Source: Nitrosopumilus maritimus SCM1
GTDB taxonomy: Archaea > Thermoproteota > Nitrososphaeria > Nitrososphaerales > Nitrosopumilaceae
Assembly: GCF_000018465.1 (NCBI RefSeq)
Contig: NC_010085.1
Span: 1,170,001-1,202,000 of the forward strand
DNA: 32,000 nt
Reading direction: 5' to 3'
Shown here piece by piece: positions 7,940-16,037 of this stretch. Positions within the stretch are counted from its first letter, which is position 1. Each line of letters begins with the position of its first letter. The notes beneath the pieces are model-generated. The model made no database searches, was not told the DNA's origin, and saw only the letters and a program-made list of their open reading frames with translations. The translations under genes were made by a program, and so were the position numbers.

Positions 7940-8011
7940 TCATCGAATTTTAGCTCAAGCTAGCCAGAAATTTTTCAATGAAAAAAATCGCAATCAAGCC
8001 TATCACAAAAG

Positions 8012-8018
8012 ATAAATT
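8012..8018 (+). promoter_or_regulatory. TATA-like box (ATAAATT) for argG
   Basis: Lies 27-33 nt upstream of ATG 8045. Confidence 0.25.
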
Positions 8019-8044
8019 CCAAAATACAACGGAAAAGATGTTTT

Positions 8045-9244
8045 ATGACTCAAAAAGGAATTCTTGCATTCTCTGGAGGACTAGATACTTCAGTTGTTGT
8101 AAAGTATCTACAAGACGAACATGACATGGATGTCATCACAGTTACAGTAGATGTTGGACAAGGTGATGACAATAAAAAAATTGCAGCAAAAGCAAAAAAG
8201 CTTGGAGTAAAAAAACACTATAACATTGATGCAAGAAAAGAGTTTGTCAAAGATTACATTTTTCCATCAATTAAAGCAAATGCACTTTATCAAAAGAAAT
8301 ATTGTCTTGCAACAGCACTTGCAAGACCACTAATTGCTGAAAAAGTTTTAGAGATTGCAAAAAAAGAAAAAGTTACATCTTTAGCTCATGGTTGTTCAGG
8401 AAAAGGAAACGACCAAGTACGTTTTGACATTACACTACGTTCTGGTTCTAACTTACCAATCATTGCACCAATTCGTGACAAAAACTTGGACAGAGTTACA
8501 GAATTAAAGTTTGCAAAGAAACACGGAATAGAGATTGATACTGTAGCAAAAAAGTTTAGTATTGATCAAAACTTGTGGGGCCGTGCAATCGAAGGCGGTG
8601 TACTAGAAGATCCATACAACGAACCACCTGATGATGCATTCATTTGGGTAAAGACAAAAAATTTGCCAGATAAACCAACATACTTGGAGATCAAATTCGA
8701 AAAAGGAATTCCTGTTGGGGTTGATGGAAAAACAATGGATGGTCAAAAACTAATAGAGTACATCAACAAAAAGGCAGGAGATGCAGGAGTTGGAATTGTT
8801 GATCATATTGAAGACAGGGTTGTCGGAATAAAGTCGAGAGAGGTCTATGAGACACCAGCTGCTACTTGTTTGATTGAAGCCCATTCAGACTTGGAAAAGA
8901 TGGTCCACACAAAACACGAAAACAAGTTCAAATCAATAATTGATGATGAGTGGGCATACCTAGCATATTCAGGATTGTGGCAAGACCCACTAAAGTCAGA
9001 TTTAGACGGATTTATCGAGGCATCCCAAAAGCCAGTTACAGGAACAGTCAAGCTAAAGTTGTACAAAGGAAGTCTAAGAGTGGTTGGAAGAAAGTCCAAG
9101 AACTCACTTTACAGCCATGAGATTGCCACATATGGTACAGAATCCACATTTGACCAAAGATTGGCCAAAGGATTTGTAGAATTGTGGGGAATGCAATCAA
9201 CAGAAGCTAATAAATTACAAAAGAAAAGGTCAACAAAAATATGA
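8045..9244 (+). CDS. argG: Argininosuccinate synthase
   Basis: N-terminal AFSGGLDTS ATP-pyrophosphatase motif, GCSGKGNDQVRF, and a typical length of 399 aa. Confidence 0.95.
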   Translation: MTQKGILAFSGGLDTSVVVKYLQDEHDMDVITVTVDVGQGDDNKKIAAKAKKLGVKKHYNIDARKEFVKDYIFPSIKANALYQKKYCLATALARPLIAEKVLEIAKKEKVTSLAHGCSGKGNDQVRFDITLRSGSNLPIIAPIRDKNLDRVTELKFAKKHGIEIDTVAKKFSIDQNLWGRAIEGGVLEDPYNEPPDDAFIWVKTKNLPDKPTYLEIKFEKGIPVGVDGKTMDGQKLIEYINKKAGDAGVGIVDHIEDRVVGIKSREVYETPAATCLIEAHSDLEKMVHTKHENKFKSIIDDEWAYLAYSGLWQDPLKSDLDGFIEASQKPVTGTVKLKLYKGSLRVVGRKSKNSLYSHEIATYGTESTFDQRLAKGFVELWGMQSTEANKLQKKRSTKI

Positions 9245-9408
9245 ACTGCCCAGAATGTGACGCAACACTAAACATCCCAGATGATGCCGCAGTAGGAGAA
9301 ATTGTCTCCTGTCCTGATTGTGGTGCTGACTTTGAAATCGCAAAAAAAGACGGATCAAATGTTGAGCTTAAACAAGCAGAAAGCGTAGGCGAAGACTGGG
9401 GAGAGTAA
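9241..9408 (+). CDS. lysW: Amino-group carrier protein LysW (copy 1, C-terminus EDWGE)
   Basis: Hand translation: MNCPECDATLNIPDDAAVGEIVSCPDCGADFEIAKKDGSNVELKQAESVGEDWGE. Zinc ribbon CPEC...CPDC plus the canonical EDWGE end. ATGA overlap with argG and TAATG overlap with lysX. Absent from the ORF track because it is under 60 aa. Confidence 0.9.
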   Translation: MNCPECDATLNIPDDAAVGEIVSCPDCGADFEIAKKDGSNVELKQAESVGEDWGE

Positions 9409-10265
9409 TGTCAAAAGTCTGTATTGTGTTTGATCGCCTAAGAGCGGAAGAGAAGATGCTTCAAAAGGAAGCATCTGAACTTGGACATGATACTGTAATG
9501 CTAGATGCAAAGATTACTCAAGTCAACACAGATAGTAAAAAAGAAGATTTTGATTTGGGAGATGTTGTTTTAGAAAGATGTGTAAGTTACTTTAGAGGAT
9601 TACACTTTACTGCAAGTCTTGAGTTTATGGACATTCCTGTTCTAAACAAATTTGATGTTGCAAGTATTTGTGGAAATAAAATGTTCATGACATTGCTTTT
9701 GAAAAAAGCAGGAGTACCAACACCAAAGACGTATTTTTCATTTACAAGTGAAAGTGCAGCTGAGAATTTAGAAAAAGCTGGATATCCACTAGTAATCAAA
9801 CCAGTAATTGGTAGTTGGGGAAGAGGAGTGATGCCAATTAAAGACAGAGATACGTTTGATGCAATTTCTGAAATCAGAGATATTACAGATAGTCCACATG
9901 ATAGAATTTACTATTTGCAGGAATTAGTAGAAAGACCACCTAGAGATATTCGAGTAATTACTGTTGGAGATGAGCCTGTTGCAGCAATGTACAGAAAGTC
10001 TTCAGGAGGATTCAAGACAAACATTGCACTTGGTGCCGATCCAGAACTTTGTGAGATCACAAAAGAGATGGAAGATATGGCAGCAAAAGCATCAAAAGCA
10101 ATGGGAGGAGGAATCCTAGGAATAGACATGATGGAAGATGAAAAGAATGGCCTAGTTGTTCATGAAGTCAACAATACAGTAGAATTCAAAGGATTAGCAA
10201 GAGTTGCACAACGAAATATACCAAAAGAGATGGTAGAATTCGCTCTAAACTACGTTAGGAAATAA
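9408..10265 (+). CDS. lysX: RimK-family ATP-grasp ligase, LysX/ArgX type (carrier-protein:amino acid ligase)
   Basis: ATP-grasp features (VIKPVIGSWGRGV, RDIRVITVG, HEVNNTVEFKG) directly downstream of lysW. Specificity for aminoadipate versus glutamate cannot be read from the sequence. Confidence 0.85.
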   Translation: MSKVCIVFDRLRAEEKMLQKEASELGHDTVMLDAKITQVNTDSKKEDFDLGDVVLERCVSYFRGLHFTASLEFMDIPVLNKFDVASICGNKMFMTLLLKKAGVPTPKTYFSFTSESAAENLEKAGYPLVIKPVIGSWGRGVMPIKDRDTFDAISEIRDITDSPHDRIYYLQELVERPPRDIRVITVGDEPVAAMYRKSSGGFKTNIALGADPELCEITKEMEDMAAKASKAMGGGILGIDMMEDEKNGLVVHEVNNTVEFKGLARVAQRNIPKEMVEFALNYVRK

Positions 10266-10280
10266 ATTATACTCCATTAC

Positions 10281-10287
10281 GAGGAGG
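10281..10287 (+). promoter_or_regulatory. Shine-Dalgarno-like GAGGAGG
   Basis: Lies 6 nt upstream of ATG 10294, internal to the operon. Confidence 0.4.
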
Positions 10288-10293
10288 TTTATC

Positions 10294-11340
10294 ATGAAAG
10301 TAGGTGTTGTAGGAGCATCAGGATATGTCGGCGGAGAGACACTACGTCTTTTGGTCAATCATCCAAATGTAGAGATCACAATGGTCACATCAAGACAGCA
10401 TGTTGGAGAATATCTACACAGAGTTCAACCAAGTTTGAAGGGTTTTACCGATCTGACTTTCTCAGAATTAGATTATGATAAATTAACTGACAAATGTGAT
10501 TTGGTTTTCACAGCAGTACCACATGGAACTGCCACTGAAATTGTAAAAGCATTGTATGACAGAGGTATCAAAATTATTGATTTGAGTGCAGATTACAGAT
10601 TACATGATCAAGATGCATATGACAAATGGTATGGTTGGGAACATCCACATCCAGATTATTTGAACAAATCAGTTTTCGGTGTACCAGAATTACACAGAGA
10701 AGAAATCAAAAAAGCACAACTTGTTTCATGTCCAGGATGTATGGCAGTAACATCAATGCTAGCACTTGCTCCATTAATTAGAAACAACATTATTGATACA
10801 GACCACATTGTAGTAGATTCTAAAATTGGTTCATCAGGTGCAGGTTCTGGTTCAGGAACTGCACACGCAATGAGAGCAGGAGTAATCAGACCATACAAAC
10901 CAGCAAAACACAGACACACTGGTGAGATTGAGCAAGAGCTCAGTGAGATTGCAGGAAAGAAGATTCATGTTTCAATGAGTCCACATGCAGTAGATGTTGT
11001 ACGTGGAATTCTTTGTACAAACCACACATTCATGCAAAAAGACATGGAAGAAAAAGAGTTGTGGAAATTATATCGTCAAACTTATGGTGAAGAGAAATTT
11101 GTCAGATTAATTCGAGACAAAAAAGGATTATACAAATTCCCAGATCCAAAATTCTTGGTTGGTTCAAACTTTTGTGATATAGGATTTGATTTAGACGAAG
11201 ACAATAATAGATTAATTGCATTATCTGCATCAGACAACTTGATGAAAGGTGCAGCAGGCTCTGCCATCCAAAACATGAACGTAATGTGTGGTTTTGATGA
11301 AATGGATGGACTAAGATATACCCCACTAACACCTGTTTAG
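10294..11340 (+). CDS. lysY: [LysW]-aminoadipyl/glutamyl-phosphate reductase (ArgC/LysY family)
   Basis: N-terminal GASGYVGGE Rossmann motif and active-site Cys region VSCPGCMAVTS; cluster context. Confidence 0.9.
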   Translation: MKVGVVGASGYVGGETLRLLVNHPNVEITMVTSRQHVGEYLHRVQPSLKGFTDLTFSELDYDKLTDKCDLVFTAVPHGTATEIVKALYDRGIKIIDLSADYRLHDQDAYDKWYGWEHPHPDYLNKSVFGVPELHREEIKKAQLVSCPGCMAVTSMLALAPLIRNNIIDTDHIVVDSKIGSSGAGSGSGTAHAMRAGVIRPYKPAKHRHTGEIEQELSEIAGKKIHVSMSPHAVDVVRGILCTNHTFMQKDMEEKELWKLYRQTYGEEKFVRLIRDKKGLYKFPDPKFLVGSNFCDIGFDLDEDNNRLIALSASDNLMKGAAGSAIQNMNVMCGFDEMDGLRYTPLTPV

Positions 11341-11342
11341 AA

Positions 11343-12146
11343 ATGATTACTATCAAAATTGGTGGAAGTGTAGTAGATGATTTACATCCATCAACTATTG
11401 CAGACATCAAAAAAATTGCAGAATCAGAAGGAGTAATTCTAGTTCATGGTGGAGGTAAAGAAGTTACCAAAGTTTGTGAACAACTTGGAAAAGAACCAAA
11501 GTTTGTAACATCTCCTAGTGGAATCAAAAGTAGATACACAGACAAAGAGACTGCAGAAATTTTCACAATGGTAATGTCTGGCAGAATCAACAAAACAATT
11601 GTTCAAATGCTTCAAAAAAACGGCATCAATGCAATTGGACTATCAGGAGTTGATGCCAAAGTCATAGAAGCAGACAGAAAAAAGAAACTCCTAATCGTAA
11701 ATGAAAAAGGACGAAAACAAGCTATTGATGGCGGTTATACTGGAAAAATCAGAGAAGTTAATGCTAGTTTCATAAAATCACTCCTAGACCAAGGTCTCAC
11801 GCCTGTAATTTCACCTATTGCAATAAGCGAAGAGTCTGAATTTCTCAATGTAGATGGAGACAGAGCAGCAGCATATGTTGCAGGAAAGGTTGGAAGTGAT
11901 AAAGTATTATTCATCACAAATGTTGATGGTCTGTTAATGGATGACAAAGTTGTTCCAAAACTAACACTAGCAGAAGCAAAAGAAATTAGACCAAAAATTG
12001 GACCAGGAATGGAAAAGAAGATTTTAGCATCAACTGAGGCCCTAGACATGGGAGTTACAACAGCATTAATTGCAAATGGTCAAAAAGAAAATCCAATTTC
12101 ATCAGCCATTTCACATGATAATTGTACGGTGATTGAACATGAGTGA
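11343..12146 (+). CDS. lysZ: [LysW]-aminoadipate/glutamate kinase (ArgB/LysZ, amino-acid kinase family)
   Basis: IKIGGS and VHGGG motifs, 267 aa; cluster context. Confidence 0.9.
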   Translation: MITIKIGGSVVDDLHPSTIADIKKIAESEGVILVHGGGKEVTKVCEQLGKEPKFVTSPSGIKSRYTDKETAEIFTMVMSGRINKTIVQMLQKNGINAIGLSGVDAKVIEADRKKKLLIVNEKGRKQAIDGGYTGKIREVNASFIKSLLDQGLTPVISPIAISEESEFLNVDGDRAAAYVAGKVGSDKVLFITNVDGLLMDDKVVPKLTLAEAKEIRPKIGPGMEKKILASTEALDMGVTTALIANGQKENPISSAISHDNCTVIEHE

Positions 12147-13320
12147 AGACCAGCATATGGGCAATCTCTATCAGAGATTTCCAGTTACAGTAGAGAAAGG
12201 CAAAGGAGCTCATGTATGGGATGTTGATGGAAAAGAATACATCGATTGTATGGGAGGATACGGAGTAGCTCTAGTAGGACATCAAAATCAAAGAGTCAAT
12301 AATGCAATCAAAGAACAAGTTGACAAAATTATAACAGTACACAGTTCACTTTACAATAAAACAAGAGAAGAGTTTTTGAAAACATTAATTGGTTTAGCTC
12401 CTAAAGGATTAACACAAGTTCATCTTAACAACAGTGGTGCAGAAGCAATTGAAGCTGCAATAAAGTTTGCAAGAAAGTTTACTGGTAAAAAAGGAATGGT
12501 TGCAATGAAAGGTTCCTATCACGGAAAATCATTTGGAGCATTATCAATTACATTTAATCCAAAATACAAAAAGGCATTTGCTCCACTTGTAGACAAAGTT
12601 TCATTTGCATCATATGGGGATATTGAATCATTAAAAGAAGCAATAGATGATGACACTGCATTTGTAATTTTAGAACCAATTCAAGGAGAAAGTGGTATTA
12701 TTGTTGCGCCCGATGGATTCTTGCAAGACGTAAGAAAGCTTTGCGATGAGAAAGGAATTCTGTTAATCTTTGACGAAATACAAGCAGGTTTAGGAAGAAC
12801 AGGACGATTATGGGCTTGTGATCATTGGAACACAGCACCAGACATTTTATGTTTGGCAAAAGGAATTGCAGGAGGAGTTCCAATGGGTGCAACTCTTGTA
12901 AGACCAGATATCTTAGCTTCAATGAGTAAAGGTGAGCACTCTTCAACTTTTGGAGGAAATCCAATATCATGTGCAGCAGGAGTTGCAGCACTCAAATCAA
13001 TTACAGAAGACGGATTAATTGAAAATTCTGAAAAGATGGGAAAAATTTTCAGAGAGGGTCTAGAGAAATTAAAAGAAAATCACACAATGATTAGAGAGAT
13101 TCGTGGTAAAGGACTCATGATTGGAGTTGAGATGAAGTTTGAGGTCCGAGACATTTTGATGGGATTAATCAGAGAAGGTGTTCTTATGCTATATTCAGGA
13201 AGAAATATCCTAAGAATTCTACCTCCACTAGTAATAACTGAAGAGGATGTAACAAAAGTTTTACATGCCCTAGATGTCATACTAACTGAAGAGGAGAAAA
13301 AGCGAAATGTACAAGGATAA
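12139..13320 (+). CDS. lysJ: Class-III aminotransferase (ArgD/LysJ)
   Basis: DEIQAGLGRTG and LAKGIAGGVPMGA (PLP-lysine region). ATG 12139 is preferred over TTG 12133; overlaps the lysZ stop. Confidence 0.9.
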   Translation: MSEDQHMGNLYQRFPVTVEKGKGAHVWDVDGKEYIDCMGGYGVALVGHQNQRVNNAIKEQVDKIITVHSSLYNKTREEFLKTLIGLAPKGLTQVHLNNSGAEAIEAAIKFARKFTGKKGMVAMKGSYHGKSFGALSITFNPKYKKAFAPLVDKVSFASYGDIESLKEAIDDDTAFVILEPIQGESGIIVAPDGFLQDVRKLCDEKGILLIFDEIQAGLGRTGRLWACDHWNTAPDILCLAKGIAGGVPMGATLVRPDILASMSKGEHSSTFGGNPISCAAGVAALKSITEDGLIENSEKMGKIFREGLEKLKENHTMIREIRGKGLMIGVEMKFEVRDILMGLIREGVLMLYSGRNILRILPPLVITEEDVTKVLHALDVILTEEEKKRNVQG

Positions 13321-13726
13321 CGTAGACGAGAAAATTATTGGATATCTCAAAGAAGATTCCAGGGAATCATTTGTAGATATTGGAAAGAAACTAAAGCTTT
13401 CTGAATCAGCAGTAAGAAGACGTGTAAAAAATCTCATAGGAAATGGAACTATCAAAAAATTTACTTTAGAATTAGGAGAAGAAAACGCAACTAGTGCAAT
13501 TGTTTTGGTATCAGTTGATTCAGCTACTGACACATCAAAAGTTTCTCTAAAGCTTGCAAAGCTTGAAGGTGTAAAAACAGTTTATGAGATTACAGGACAA
13601 TACGACATTACAACAATAATGAGTGCATCAAGTATTGCAGAGATTAACAACAGTATTGATGCATTAAGAAAAATTCCAGGTGTAGTTGACACCAATACTG
13701 TGATTATTCTAAGAAAAGTCGTCTAA
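13307..13726 (+). CDS. Lrp/AsnC-family transcriptional regulator embedded in the Lys/Arg cluster
   Basis: N-terminal AsnC-type HTH (DEKIIGYLKEDSRESFVDIGKKLKLSESAVRRRVKNL) plus a C-terminal RAM-like domain. Overlaps the lysJ stop by 14 nt. Confidence 0.85.
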   Translation: MYKDNVDEKIIGYLKEDSRESFVDIGKKLKLSESAVRRRVKNLIGNGTIKKFTLELGEENATSAIVLVSVDSATDTSKVSLKLAKLEGVKTVYEITGQYDITTIMSASSIAEINNSIDALRKIPGVVDTNTVIILRKVV

Positions 13727-13735
13727 GACGACTTT
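13715..13735 (+). terminator. Perfect 9-bp hairpin with the Lrp stop codon in its loop
   Basis: AAAGTCGTC-TAA-GACGACTTT, followed by cggttcaaaatttt. It lies at the only real gap (98 nt) inside the 8045-18202 gene string. Confidence 0.3.
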
Positions 13736-13824
13736 CGGTTCAAAATTTTAATTCAAAACTAGTTTAGGATCGTTTATAGTTATTTCCAACGAAACTAGTA
13801 CGAATATGTTTATATCATCAATTT

Positions 13825-15006
13825 ATGGCAACGAATTCTGTAATGAAAGATCCGAATCACTATGCAAACTTGTACAACGCATATGAAAAGAATCCAAAGA
13901 AGATTAGAGTGTTAGACAGTACTCTTAGAGAAGGAGAACAACACCCAGGTGTTTCATTTACAAACAAACAAAGAATCCAAATTGCATGGATGTTAGATTA
14001 TTTTGGCGTAGACCAAATTGAAATCTCACCAGTTGTATCAAATGATCATAAAGAAGCAACAAAGACAATCATTAAACAAGGACTAAAGGCAGACATTGTT
14101 TCCCATGGACGTGCACTCAAAGAGGACATTGATGTTTCATTAGATTGTGATGCAAAGTGGTGTGCAGCATATCTAGGTATTTCAGATATTCATCTTAAAG
14201 ACAAACTTCGTATCTCAAGAGAAGATGCAATGGAAAGAGCTGTTGAGACAGTAGAGTATGCAAAATCTCATGGACTAAAGATTAGATTTACAGTAGAAGA
14301 TGGAAGTAGAGCAGAACCAGAGTTCTTACTCAAAGTTTGCAAGGCAATTGAAGAAGCAGGTGTAGACAGAATCAGTTTGCCTGATACGGTTGGAATTTTG
14401 CGTCCTATTGGAATGTACAATTTTGTAAAGAAGGTAAGAGACTCTATTGATGTTCCACTAGATGCACACGTTCATAATGATATTGGCTTTGCAGTAGCTA
14501 ATGCTTTTTCAGCTTGTGATGCAGGAGTTGATCAAATTCATACAACCATTGACGGTATTGGAGAAAGAACAGGAATTCCCCCACTTGCAGAAGTGGCAGT
14601 TGCATTGACATACTTGTACAAATCACCAAATGATTTCAGATTAGACATGTTACTAGATTTATCCAGATTAATTGAAGAGTATACTACAATCAAGCCTTAT
14701 GACTCAAAACCAATAGTGGGTTCTTCAGCATACAAACACAAGGCTGGAACACACCTTGCAGCAATATTGAGAAATCCTGCAGCATACGAGCCTATTCCTC
14801 CTAGAGCAGTAGGAAACAGAAGAAGAATCGTGTTTGGAGAGTTGGCAGGAAAGACTGGAGCAGCTTATCTCATGTCATTGTTAGGATTAGACAAGGATGA
14901 TGAAAGTGCAAAAGCAGTTGCAGCTGGATTGAAGGGTCTTAGAATGGGAGATTTAATTGAAATTCCGCTTGAAGACAGACTTGAAAAAATAATTAATGAT
15001 AAATAG
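13825..15006 (+). CDS. Homocitrate synthase-type enzyme (short LeuA/CimA/HCS family member)
   Basis: LDSTLREGEQ and HVHNDIGFAVANA motifs; 393 aa with no LeuA C-terminal regulatory domain; sits next to lysW/lysX/lysK. An alternative start at ATG 13843 would fit a TATA-like TTTATAT at 13810-13816. Confidence 0.75.
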   Translation: MATNSVMKDPNHYANLYNAYEKNPKKIRVLDSTLREGEQHPGVSFTNKQRIQIAWMLDYFGVDQIEISPVVSNDHKEATKTIIKQGLKADIVSHGRALKEDIDVSLDCDAKWCAAYLGISDIHLKDKLRISREDAMERAVETVEYAKSHGLKIRFTVEDGSRAEPEFLLKVCKAIEEAGVDRISLPDTVGILRPIGMYNFVKKVRDSIDVPLDAHVHNDIGFAVANAFSACDAGVDQIHTTIDGIGERTGIPPLAEVAVALTYLYKSPNDFRLDMLLDLSRLIEEYTTIKPYDSKPIVGSSAYKHKAGTHLAAILRNPAAYEPIPPRAVGNRRRIVFGELAGKTGAAYLMSLLGLDKDDESAKAVAAGLKGLRMGDLIEIPLEDRLEKIINDK

Positions 15007-15007
15007 A

Positions 15008-15017
15008 GAGGAGGTGG
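15008..15017 (+). promoter_or_regulatory. Shine-Dalgarno-like GAGGAGGTGG
   Basis: Lies 10 nt upstream of ATG 15028. Confidence 0.4.
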
Positions 15018-15027
15018 AGAAGAGAAT

Positions 15028-15195
15028 ATGTCAAAATGTGAAGAATGTGATGCAGATATTTCTATACCAAGTGATGCACTTGAAGGAGAAATTGTAACAT
15101 GTCCGGAATGTGGCGCAAGTTTTGAATTAGCAAAAGGTTCAGACGGTTTCGATCTAAAGCCTGCCCAAACGGTTGGCGAGGATTGGGGACAGTGA
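15028..15195 (+). CDS. lysW: Amino-group carrier protein LysW paralog (copy 2, C-terminus EDWGQ)
   Basis: Hand translation: MSKCEECDADISIPSDALEGEIVTCPECGASFELAKGSDGFDLKPAQTVGEDWGQ. Same zinc ribbon and 55-aa length as copy 1, but the last codon is CAG (Gln) at 15190-15192. Absent from the ORF track. Confidence 0.85.
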   Translation: MSKCEECDADISIPSDALEGEIVTCPECGASFELAKGSDGFDLKPAQTVGEDWGQ

Positions 15196-16034
15196 GTCCT
15201 GACGTTACTATTCTTTATGATACCATCCGTTGGGAAGAAAAAGGCCTCTTAGAAGCAGGTAAGAAAAAAAACATCAACATCCAGATGGTTGATTGTAAGA
15301 AGTTAGCAGTAGATTTAGAAAAAAAACCTGAAGATTATGGTGTAGTTATACAAAGATGTGTAAGTTATTACAGAAACTTGCATTCAACTGCAGCTCTTGA
15401 AGGTTTGGGAGTCAAAGTAATCAACTGTCTTAACACTGGAATCTTTGCAGGAAACAAGTTATTCACACACATGCTACTAAAGAAAGCTGGAGTTCCAACG
15501 CCAGATGCAACAGTTGCTTTCTCAAAAGATGCAGCCCTTGAAGCATTGGATACGCAAGGATATCCCAAAGTAATCAAACCAACAGTTGGAAGCTGGGGCA
15601 GACTAATCTCAAAATTAAATGATAAAGATTCTGCTGAGGGGGTTATTGAAAGCAGAGAGAACATGTATCCAATTTATCAAGTTCATTATCTAGAAGAATT
15701 TGTAAAAAGACCACCCAGAGACATTAGAGCAATTATGGTAGGAGACAAAATTGTTGCAGCCATATACCGCAACTCCAAGCATTGGAAAACAAACATGGCT
15801 CTTGGAGGAGTTGCAGAACCATGCGAAGTAACACAAGAAATGGAAGAAATGTGTATTAAGGCAAAACATGCAGTTCAAGGGGATATTGTAGGAGTAGATT
15901 TGATGGAAAGCGAAGAGAAAGGATTAGTGGTTCACGAAGTAAATAATACAACAGAATACAAGAACACTGTTAGAGTATGCGAAGTAGACATTCCTTCGTT
16001 AATGCTTGATTATGCACTAAAGATAGAGAAGTAA
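15192..16034 (+). CDS. lysX: Second RimK-family ATP-grasp ligase, LysX/ArgX type
   Basis: Paralog of 9408-10265 (VIKPTVGSWGRLI, RDIRAIMVG, HEVNNTTEYKN). The likely start is GTG 15192, forming a GTGA overlap with the lysW-2 stop; the ORF track uses TTG 15183. Confidence 0.85.
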   Translation: MSPDVTILYDTIRWEEKGLLEAGKKKNINIQMVDCKKLAVDLEKKPEDYGVVIQRCVSYYRNLHSTAALEGLGVKVINCLNTGIFAGNKLFTHMLLKKAGVPTPDATVAFSKDAALEALDTQGYPKVIKPTVGSWGRLISKLNDKDSAEGVIESRENMYPIYQVHYLEEFVKRPPRDIRAIMVGDKIVAAIYRNSKHWKTNMALGGVAEPCEVTQEMEEMCIKAKHAVQGDIVGVDLMESEEKGLVVHEVNNTTEYKNTVRVCEVDIPSLMLDYALKIEK

Positions 16035-16037
16035 GAA

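Noticed and set aside
13825-15006. Considered calling this ORF 2-isopropylmalate or citramalate synthase instead of homocitrate synthase.
   Set aside because: This is not resolved by sequence reading alone. The homocitrate synthase call is kept only because of the short form lacking the LeuA regulatory domain and the direct linkage to lysW/lysX/lysK. It is flagged as context-based.
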